A stretch of DNA of 64,000 bases from a virus (taxonomy: Duplodnaviria; Caudoviricetes). Both the position numbers and the translations under genes were made by a program. The DNA lies in IMG/VR virus record IMGVR_UViG_3300042291_001013; one strand, 5' to 3'. How positions within the stretch are numbered: position 1 is the stretch's first letter; every line of letters begins with the position of its first letter. The notes below the pieces were generated by a model, which was given only the letters and a program-made list of their open reading frames with translations, was not told the origin of the DNA and did no database searches. Below, in pieces: positions 57,201 to 64,000 of this stretch.

Positions 57201-58391
57201 TTAGAACAAGTCCTTTGCGTCCAACACAAACGCACTGAATGGTTGCTTGGGAAACTTGAACTTTACGCCCTTGGGCTTGGCCCAGGTCGCATTGAGTTGA
57301 TGCCAGAAAAATGCAAGACCTTGTGGTGTGTTCTTGGCATTGCGCGGAGCATCGGGCCACAAGTTCTTGGGCATACCTTTATGCATCTTGTTGTATGCAT
57401 TGATATTGGCTTCATGCACCTGAGTCCAGTAAGGGCCGCGGGCATCAAAGTTTGCGTCAAACAAGCCGATACAATGATTTGCCAAGTCCACAATGTCAGC
57501 GTCCGAGTACACAATGTCCTGTTGCTCACACAAGTTCAAAAACTCAATAATGATAGGACTTTCCTTGCTGTTGATAGCTCGTTGCTGAACGTCCACAATG
57601 TGTCCTGCGTATACTGCAAATTGCCGCACAACTTCAACGCTAGATTCCAGCACCTCTTGTAGGCGACTCAAGGCACCAATTTCATTGGTGTTGTTGAACT
57701 TGTCAGCAGTTACAAACACGCCAGCAGTGTCAAGATGTGTCCACTTGGTGTGCGCATCCACCCAGTCTTGTTCAGTCACCCCATCAACTTCAACACCGTA
57801 AACCATTTGTTCAAAGATGTCAATGAGATCTAGGGGCTTTTTACCTGCGTTCTTGCCGGTAGTGGTGTTCATGTTGATAAACAGGTTGCGCAGATCCGCA
57901 CGGCTTGTGACGTCATAAATGTTAGCCGGTACCATGACAGTGGTAAGATCCAAGTTGAGTGCATCACGTGCAATTAGGTACATGGCTAATGCAGTGTGCT
58001 GACTGTCCCATGCACCCCAGAGGTTACCATGGCCAAACACCTGCATGGGTTGTGCTTGGTAGTCACGGAAGTTGGTAATAATTTTGATAATCCACTGCAA
58101 GTCCGGTTCGCGTTGCATGGTGGTATCAACCATGATATCCATCATGGGGATGTCTGTCGCTTGCACTAGTCGAAACAGTTTTCGATTGTTGAAGTCCTTG
58201 ACATTTGGATAGCTCTTTTTAAAGGCTTGGATTGCCTTTTTAAGACTTGACGCCCAGTTTGCCTTTGCTTGTGCAGTAGGCAATGAGTTGATGGTGTCGT
58301 TTAAACGATCAACCAGGGTAATGAAATGTGAAGTGGAGTTGCGAAATTTCGCGTTACGCTGAGTCGCGTAGAGAGAGTTGGCTTTTGCCAT
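57201..58391 (-). CDS. ParB/sulfiredoxin-fold (DGQHR/DUF262-like) protein
   Basis: IMVDTTMQRE, WDSQHTALA (DGQH variant), LFINMN...KKPL. Start placed at MAKANS behind an AGGA RBS. Confidence 0.6.
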   Translation of the reverse strand: MAKANSLYATQRNAKFRNSTSHFITLVDRLNDTINSLPTAQAKANWASSLKKAIQAFKKSYPNVKDFNNRKLFRLVQATDIPMMDIMVDTTMQREPDLQWIIKIITNFRDYQAQPMQVFGHGNLWGAWDSQHTALAMYLIARDALNLDLTTVMVPANIYDVTSRADLRNLFINMNTTTGKNAGKKPLDLIDIFEQMVYGVEVDGVTEQDWVDAHTKWTHLDTAGVFVTADKFNNTNEIGALSRLQEVLESSVEVVRQFAVYAGHIVDVQQRAINSKESPIIIEFLNLCEQQDIVYSDADIVDLANHCIGLFDANFDARGPYWTQVHEANINAYNKMHKGMPKNLWPDAPRNAKNTPQGLAFFWHQLNATWAKPKGVKFKFPKQPFSAFVLDAKDLF

Positions 58392-58497
58392 GATAGTTTC
58401 CTTAATTGGTAGCGAATATAGCAGTAGCGACCGAATTGTCACTAGCACCATTTTTATCACTAGCTAATAAAATAAGTTAATTTCTTAACTTACGTCA

Positions 58498-58527
58498 AGT
58501 ATACGACAGAAACACACACAAGGTCAA
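58498..58527 (-). promoter_or_regulatory. Sigma70-like promoter
   Basis: TTGACC-18-TATACT. Confidence 0.65.
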
Positions 58528-58537
58528 GTCTTTTAAA

Positions 58538-58566
58538 GAAAAATCCGCAAAACAATTTGCGGATTT
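58538..58566 (-). terminator. Rho-independent terminator
   Basis: AAATCCGCAAA/TTTGCGGATTT stem followed by a T run on the minus strand. Confidence 0.75.
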
Positions 58567-58576
58567 AGTCGTTTTT

Positions 58577-59317
58577 TTACAACACTCTTACAGCTACTTT
58601 TTGGTGCCGGCTTACTCGCCCAATGTATTCATAGTTGACGCCGTACATTTTGCAATGCTCTTGCCAGGCCTTAAATTCATCCAGTTGCCAACCTGGGTAG
58701 TTCATGTACTCATCAAACACAATCACAGTTCCAGGCACAATGTTGTTTTTCAAGTTGTTTAAAACTGTGACAGTGCTGGAATACAAATCACAATCCACAT
58801 GCAATAACGCAATGGGTCTGGTCAATTGTACTTTTTCCTTGAACCCAGGCAAGGTCTGATCAAACCAACCAACCCATAACTGACAGTTTTTTCTTACTCG
58901 GGGCAGGTTGCTACGTGCAAAAAAGCCTTTGCGCATGCGGCTGGTCCAGTCTTCGGGCAAGCCCTCAAATCCATCAAATCCATGCACAGGTTTGTTGGGC
59001 AACCAATGAGCAAATTGATTCAGTGTACGACCTGTAGCAACACCAAATTCTAACACTGTGCCTCTAGACAACAGGTCAGTATCAAGTTGCGTGGTTGTAA
59101 TCCATTTGTGAAGATCGTAGTCAGTGTCAAAGTTGGGCACAGCTCTCATGTGTTGTAAAACATACTGAGCTGATTCTTCTGACGCCAACCTTACAGCAGT
59201 GAACTCTGTGTCTATAACATCAGTGTATTGTCCCAGCAGTTGTTTCTGGGCACGACTGGGCTGTGGGTAACGCCACCATTCTTCTAGTCTGTCTCGGATC
59301 CTGTATAAGTCTATCAT
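58577..59317 (-). CDS. TylF/MycF-like class I methyltransferase
   Basis: LEFGVATG, GFDGFEGLPE, GWFDQTL, LHVDCDLYSST, IVFDEY. Confidence 0.85.
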   Translation of the reverse strand: MIDLYRIRDRLEEWWRYPQPSRAQKQLLGQYTDVIDTEFTAVRLASEESAQYVLQHMRAVPNFDTDYDLHKWITTTQLDTDLLSRGTVLEFGVATGRTLNQFAHWLPNKPVHGFDGFEGLPEDWTSRMRKGFFARSNLPRVRKNCQLWVGWFDQTLPGFKEKVQLTRPIALLHVDCDLYSSTVTVLNNLKNNIVPGTVIVFDEYMNYPGWQLDEFKAWQEHCKMYGVNYEYIGRVSRHQKVAVRVL

Positions 59318-59646
59318 GTGATTAATATTTCCTCGTTGTTTGCACGATCACTGTATATGCGTTGACCAAGTCGGCGTATGGTATCTGCAGACATTTGCGG
59401 ATTGGCTTCAAACATGTCTCGTATGTCATCAGCAGTGATACCGTCTGTGGCACAGACAACATAGATTTCATAGTGTCGTTGCATATTATAACGTGCGCGA
59501 AGCATGAGATGGTGAATATTTGGGATGGTATATTTTAGTTCTTCGCCTTTGAGCGCGGCCCAGGTGCGTTGCTGTGCATCCAAGGTAATGTCGCCAATGT
59601 ACTCTAGTCCAGTGTTATCCCAGACCACAACAAACTGATGGTCCAT
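59314..59646 (-). CDS. Hypothetical protein
   Basis: Coupled ORF. Confidence 0.6.
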   Translation of the reverse strand: MDHQFVVVWDNTGLEYIGDITLDAQQRTWAALKGEELKYTIPNIHHLMLRARYNMQRHYEIYVVCATDGITADDIRDMFEANPQMSADTIRRLGQRIYSDRANNEEILIT

Positions 59647-59820
59647 TTAGAATCCTCGTGTGTCTAACACAATCATGGCACCGATTACCAGCCACAACAC
59701 TGCTAGTCCATACTGGCCCAGGGCCAGGTAGTTCAACGCCGCCAGCAGGTTCAGCCCACCAACAGTATATCCAATCGCTTTACGGTTGCGACCAATCCAG
59801 ATTAAAATTTTGTTTTTCAT
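59647..59820 (-). CDS. Small two-TM membrane protein (57 aa), not in ORF track
   Basis: MKNKILIWIGRNRKAIGYTVGGLNLLAALNYLALGQYGLAVLWLVIGAMIVLDTRGF; ATGA overlap with the upstream gene. Confidence 0.65.
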   Translation of the reverse strand: MKNKILIWIGRNRKAIGYTVGGLNLLAALNYLALGQYGLAVLWLVIGAMIVLDTRGF

Positions 59821-60053
59821 AGCATGAACTTTTTAAGATATTGCCTAGCGTCAGCATATTGCCCATGTACCTTGGTCAGCATTTCTTCCATGCTTTCCAA
59901 AATAATGAGACGTTGCAACACTTCGGCCTGTGCTTGGTCCTCAGCATCCAGTAGCTGGTACCACTCAAGATATTCTTCAGCAGTTTCAAAGCTCCACATG
60001 AGATCGCACATTTCTACTTGGTCCGGGGTAAGATTTTCCAGTTGAATCGACAT
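59817..60053 (-). CDS. Small acidic early protein
   Basis: Start MSIQLE behind the promoter at 60084. Confidence 0.6.
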   Translation of the reverse strand: MSIQLENLTPDQVEMCDLMWSFETAEEYLEWYQLLDAEDQAQAEVLQRLIILESMEEMLTKVHGQYADARQYLKKFML

Positions 60054-60083
60054 TGTGACACCTATCAAAGTTTTTACACTGTG

Positions 60084-60112
60084 ATTATACAACATTGTGA
60101 ATTAATTGTCAA
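60084..60112 (-). promoter_or_regulatory. Sigma70 consensus promoter
   Basis: TTGACA-17-TATAAT. Confidence 0.85.
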
Positions 60113-60114
60113 GC

Positions 60115-60357
60115 CTACTGCCAGTACAGTGTAAAAGCAAAGAAGTCGCGTTCAGAATCAAAATAAAAAATGTAACGTCCAGGCCCTTGATCGTTGCTCA
60201 TTTCCACCAGTTGCCAACGCCAATCATCTCGAAGCTCACTCTTGCACCAATCCAAAATCCCATCAAGTTGTCCAAAAGGTTTGAGGATTTCGCGAGCGTA
60301 CCGAAAACTTTCTTTGTCTCTGATTTGATAGTCTGGAGATTGTTTTAGCTTGATCAC
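60115..60357 (-). CDS. Small protein, F-x-L-x-W paralog family
   Basis: Ends YIFYFDSERDFFAFTLYWQ. Confidence 0.6.
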   Translation of the reverse strand: MIKLKQSPDYQIRDKESFRYAREILKPFGQLDGILDWCKSELRDDWRWQLVEMSNDQGPGRYIFYFDSERDFFAFTLYWQ

Positions 60358-60396
60358 ACCAATAATTATCGTGTTATGTTTACGTGTTGCAAATTT

Positions 60397-60609
60397 TTAC
60401 TGCCATTTCAGTTGATAGAATGTTGCCAAGGCTGGATTTTGAAAACTAAACACTGTGTGCTTTGGGCGTTCCTGCGTGAAGCCATCCCAATGTGCTGGAT
60501 GATATTCCCACTCAAAATCTTCATGCATGATCAGCCCATCCTGCACCAGTTGATCTCTGAGCCACATGGCCTCAACGGGCTCTATGTCTCGCAAGATAAC
60601 TCTATACAT
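60397..60609 (-). CDS. Small protein, F-x-L-x-W paralog family
   Basis: Ends TVFSFQNPALATFYQLKWQ. Confidence 0.6.
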   Translation of the reverse strand: MYRVILRDIEPVEAMWLRDQLVQDGLIMHEDFEWEYHPAHWDGFTQERPKHTVFSFQNPALATFYQLKWQ

Positions 60610-60833
60610 CTGGCCTGTCCATTCTTTAACACAAACAACATGCGATCCTGTGGATCACGAAACCACCACACCATTTCATTTATGTTGATTTCAGTGATGT
60701 AGCGATTGCCAGGTAAGCCGAATGTTTCTATGCCCCAGATAGACACTTCGTCCCACTTGGTTATGGTGTCATAGGGCCGGCCCCAGGTCAAGTGAGCACC
60801 GTGTGGGAAATCAGGGTCTTGCAAGCCATTCAC
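60582..60833 (-). CDS. Small protein, probable member of the same family
   Basis: MVWWFRDPQDRMLFVLK. Confidence 0.55.
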   Translation of the reverse strand: MNGLQDPDFPHGAHLTWGRPYDTITKWDEVSIWGIETFGLPGNRYITEININEMVWWFRDPQDRMLFVLKNGQARCIELSCET

Positions 60834-61059
60834 TCCTTATAATTGAGTCACACTTGACCCAATTTCGTTCGTAGTACAGTCGATTGTCTGAGATACCAAA
60901 GTGGTTGCAAAAACTCTGTCCGTAACGTTGATCAACCAGGGCATGCCAGGTGTAGATTTTTTGCCACTCATGATAATTATCTTCGCTAACCGAACCAGGT
61001 TCTGCGCTGTTTTCTTGGGCGTACATGATGTCGCGTACCATGTGTTGTAGTCCGGTCAT
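60811..61059 (-). CDS. Small hypothetical protein
   Basis: Coupled ORF. Confidence 0.55.
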   Translation of the reverse strand: MTGLQHMVRDIMYAQENSAEPGSVSEDNYHEWQKIYTWHALVDQRYGQSFCNHFGISDNRLYYERNWVKCDSIIRSEWLARP

Positions 61060-61373
61060 TGTGATTTCTTTGTAATTAAGTCGTCAGTGCAACCTGTGCA
61101 GGTTGCTTGTTTACACACATTGGTCCTGGGCGACCACTCAGTTAATGCATTGCCAAGATAATCGTTCTTACATTCTCCACTCCAGACATCAAAGTTTTTG
61201 TCAATATAAAATCTAGTTTCCCCGGCACTGCAATTCCATCCTTGCCACTGATCCAAGCCTTGGTTGTGTAGCCAGTTGGCATACACAAGGTGTTCTTGAC
61301 CTTGGTCATCAGTCACGCGGCAGTTGTAGTTTTGATGTTTAATCATGTATGAGATTGATGCTGTGACTGACAT
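61056..61373 (-). CDS. Stand-alone SPASM/Twitch-like Cys-rich domain (probable start ATG 61346)
   Basis: GWNCSAG...GECKNDYLGN...CKQATCTGC. Confidence 0.6.
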   Translation of the reverse strand: MSVTASISYMIKHQNYNCRVTDDQGQEHLVYANWLHNQGLDQWQGWNCSAGETRFYIDKNFDVWSGECKNDYLGNALTEWSPRTNVCKQATCTGCTDDLITKKSQ

Positions 61374-61899
61374 TGTGCAAATTCAGCAACTCTTGATAGT
61401 GTGGGAAATTGTGTCGATTCCAAGCTTCATCCATGATGTTGACATGACAACTTTTTGCCGGGCGTGTCATCACAGCATTGACTGCAATCACAGTTTCAAA
61501 GAACTTTTGTTCTTTCCAAAACTCTGAGTGAGTACTGAAACTGATTGCATCTACTAGCTGGGCCAGTCGTAGATAGTAGTCAGTACTGGCGCTACCATTG
61601 GTGGTCACAATGATTTGACTAATATCAAAGTTGTTGCGCAAGTGTTTGATCAAGGGCAAGAAGCTACGATTGGCAGTGACTTCGCCACCGGTGAAACTGA
61701 TTTTGTAAGGCAACCCCTGGGCATGTGTTTTGTCATAGAAGTTTTGCCACACCTGCTTGAGTGTGTCCAGCTCTGGGTGCGCACTGGTATCATCATGCAA
61801 CTCAGCAGGACAATACGAGCATGCATAGTTGCACCGTGATCCAATCATCCAAGTCATGCTTATGGCAGGCACAACTGGTTCAACTTGAACAATTTTCAT
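61339..61899 (-). CDS. Radical SAM enzyme (short core)
   Basis: CNYACSYC (CxxxCxxC), SFTGGEVT, TTNGS. Confidence 0.9.
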   Translation of the reverse strand: MKIVQVEPVVPAISMTWMIGSRCNYACSYCPAELHDDTSAHPELDTLKQVWQNFYDKTHAQGLPYKISFTGGEVTANRSFLPLIKHLRNNFDISQIIVTTNGSASTDYYLRLAQLVDAISFSTHSEFWKEQKFFETVIAVNAVMTRPAKSCHVNIMDEAWNRHNFPHYQELLNLHNVSHSINLIHD

Positions 61900-62634
61900 T
61901 TATGGCAAACGCAAATCGTAAAGTTGATAATACCAACGGTCAGCATGGTAACCACGAAAGCTACTGGGTCTAACGCGATGTTTCAGCGCCACTTGTTCGC
62001 GTTCAAACAAACTGTCAATCATGCCCATCAAAGGATTGTCAGTCCTGATTGAAAACGCAAAAGGTATACCACCAGTTCCGGTTGTCCACCAGTACTGATT
62101 GATTTCTCCTGATCGACGACTGCGAAATATCTTACGCAGTGGCTGGAAGGACATTACCATGGGTTGTGAATCTATCAGCACTGGAGAGATGGCTTTGCTG
62201 TTGACAGTATTTTCTACCACATGGTCAATGTCAAGATCTTCTGCGTAAAAATACGGCAAGCGATACAACATGCCTATTTCTTCTTTGGTAATCTCCAACT
62301 GATCAGTTACCAGGGCACCCAGCTTGCGTCTAAACTCACTAACCTTCCCGTTAACGTTTTTTAACGCAGACATCACCAGTCGTTCACGATAGTACGTTCG
62401 CAAGGCCTGAGCCTGTTCAATGTCATCCTGCCATACCACTACATTGTCAATGTCTTCCCAACGACGTGCAGGGGTTTCTTTCCATATACGATAGCTGGCA
62501 CAGGCACAGGCAATGGGATCTTGTTTGAAAGTTATAATCTTTTTGGATGGTGGGTTCCCTATTAGGCGACCTTCAACATCGTCAAGCAAGTCTTGAATCC
62601 ATGGTGTGGCGCCAACAATTTGTACATTAGGCAT
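61900..62634 (-). CDS. Hypothetical protein
   Basis: Start placed at MPNVQI. Confidence 0.6.
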   Translation of the reverse strand: MPNVQIVGATPWIQDLLDDVEGRLIGNPPSKKIITFKQDPIACACASYRIWKETPARRWEDIDNVVVWQDDIEQAQALRTYYRERLVMSALKNVNGKVSEFRRKLGALVTDQLEITKEEIGMLYRLPYFYAEDLDIDHVVENTVNSKAISPVLIDSQPMVMSFQPLRKIFRSRRSGEINQYWWTTGTGGIPFAFSIRTDNPLMGMIDSLFEREQVALKHRVRPSSFRGYHADRWYYQLYDLRLP

Positions 62635-62636
62635 GT

Positions 62637-63365
62637 TCAATCCCAAAGAGCTTGGTAGTATTTGCCAAACAAGCGGAAGCCGTTGTCAATTCGAGCTTGA
62701 ACTACCTTCATACCTTCATAATCGCACTTGTAGGTGTCCTTGGGACCTTTGCCCATTTGGTAGAACTTGTGTTCTCCTTTGGGCACTTCGTTGCCATCTG
62801 CGTCCACAGGAATCCAAAGAATATCATGTTCGCCTTCGCGGAATGCTTCTTCCCACGAGTCATCCACTTTGCATTCAAACGCAAAGATCATTTCGCCCAT
62901 GGCCCAGTCCCAACGCTTGAAGTGGTTTTCATCTGTGTCCCACTCGTTCTTCTTGGGAGGTGCCGCAGTGCTTTTGAGTTCGTCAGGCACATCCTCATCG
63001 TCTACAAACGGACTACCATGCTTGACTTCTTTCAGTTGCCGGAGCATGGGCAGGATAATAGGACTCAGAGTATGATCCATGCTCCAGGTGTCATAGTGAT
63101 CAATCTTTACATAGTTGATGGCCGGATGCACTCGATCCCAAACCCATGCAATAGCTTTGCTGATGGGGGTGAGTCGATCACTCCATTTTTCCACCCACTC
63201 TGGGCGTTCCACATATTTGTGTTCACGCTCTTCGGCCAGTGAACGAATCACAGTTTTGTCTCGACTGCACTTGCTCCAGTCAGTCCAAAAGAACGCATAG
63301 TCCAACATGGTGTAGGGACTAATCCAGTGATCTCGATACTTACTAATGTAAACTTTCATTACCAA
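62637..63365 (-). CDS. Conserved phage hypothetical protein
   Basis: KIDHYDTWSMDHTLSPIILPML...GFRLFGKYYQALWD. Confidence 0.7.
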   Translation of the reverse strand: MVMKVYISKYRDHWISPYTMLDYAFFWTDWSKCSRDKTVIRSLAEEREHKYVERPEWVEKWSDRLTPISKAIAWVWDRVHPAINYVKIDHYDTWSMDHTLSPIILPMLRQLKEVKHGSPFVDDEDVPDELKSTAAPPKKNEWDTDENHFKRWDWAMGEMIFAFECKVDDSWEEAFREGEHDILWIPVDADGNEVPKGEHKFYQMGKGPKDTYKCDYEGMKVVQARIDNGFRLFGKYYQALWD

Positions 63366-63565
63366 TCTCCGTTATCTATCCAAATACGCACAATTAAAAA
63401 TGTCCAGCCCACTGACCAGCATCTTTCATTGGGGCTGGGCCAACCATCGTTGTAGTCTCGTCTGGCCCAGGGTACCCAACGCCAATGATAGGGATTCAGT
63501 GTTATTATAACACTAAGTCCACTATAGGCCAACCACTTTAAATATCCACGGTTAGAAGTTTCCAT
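63359..63565 (-). CDS. Small Trp-rich hypothetical protein
   Basis: Coupled ORF. Confidence 0.55.
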   Translation of the reverse strand: METSNRGYLKWLAYSGLSVIITLNPYHWRWVPWARRDYNDGWPSPNERCWSVGWTFLIVRIWIDNGDW

Positions 63566-64000
63566 TCTTCAGCCCTCGCTTCATGTCCAGCATATCCACG
63601 TGGGTTGCACACCACACGAGTTTCACCAACCATGTAGTCAAATGGGTGATGAGTATGTCCATGTGTCCATAGTTTAATCTGTGGACGATCCTTGATAAAC
63701 TCCTCCATGTCCGAACTGTAGCCACCGTTCATGATGGTATCGTGTTTGTACATTTCATGAGTGCTCAACCGACTTGGTGCATGATGCCCAACCACAACAT
63801 ACTTGTTGGGGTCTTCACCAAGAAAAGCAGTTACCACTTGAATATACTCTTTCATTTTCACATGTTCCGTCACAGCGTCTTCGGGGCTGAACTTGGCCAC
63901 GCGAGTTCGAAACTCACCTTCTTGTGTTCTAAAGTGAACTGGCACGGCGCTGTTTTGAATAACACGGAAGTCATTCATCATGGTTCGCATGTGATACAAT
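63538..64000 (-). CDS. Calcineurin-like metallophosphoesterase, C-terminal part (5' end outside window)
   Basis: VVVGHHAP, WTHGHTH and VVCNPRGY motifs. Confidence 0.85.
   Translation of the reverse strand, partial: LYHMRTMMNDFRVIQNSAVPVHFRTQEGEFRTRVAKFSPEDAVTEHVKMKEYIQVVTAFLGEDPNKYVVVGHHAPSRLSTHEMYKHDTIMNGGYSSDMEEFIKDRPQIKLWTHGHTHHPFDYMVGETRVVCNPRGYAGHEARAEEWKLLTVDI

Noticed and set aside
1-64000. tRNA, rRNA or CRISPR array
   Set aside because: I found no cloverleaf with a T-loop in intergenic DNA and no regularly spaced direct repeats. The GGTTCGA at about 16381 lies inside a CDS. tRNAscan-SE and a CRISPR finder would confirm.
1-64000. Stop-codon reassignment, or prophage/host DNA
   Set aside because: Long genes are intact under the standard code with tight coupling. 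There is no integrase, att site or run of host housekeeping genes, and the host-like genes are embedded in phage operons.

Overview
A 64 kb segment of a large lytic dsDNA myophage genome, almost entirely coding and mostly on the minus strand. It looks T4-like or jumbo-class and is probably from freshwater. Spanins indicate a diderm host; the Bug/TctC and ErpA genes suggest Betaproteobacteria. The window contains: (i) late genes preceded by a TAAATA box, covering baseplate and tail-fibre proteins, an S8 protease, a lysis cassette, and a set of modular proteins with Glu-terminated N-terminal leaders and internal hydrophobic-x-Glu junctions resembling T4 internal-head proteins; (ii) host-takeover and metabolic genes (ClpA, DnaJ, GroES, PhoH, SOD, ErpA, IF-1, NadE, Hc1-like, Bug/TctC); (iii) replication genes (clamp-loader subunit, a DnaE fragment); (iv) scattered glycosyl-, sulfo-, methyl- and acyl-transfer-like genes; and (v) an early region of small genes, each driven by a repeated sigma70 promoter-RBS cassette, which includes a ParB-like + HNH-like gene pair. 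I saw no tRNA, rRNA, CRISPR array, integrase or transposase. All product calls come from motifs read by eye; no database searches were run.
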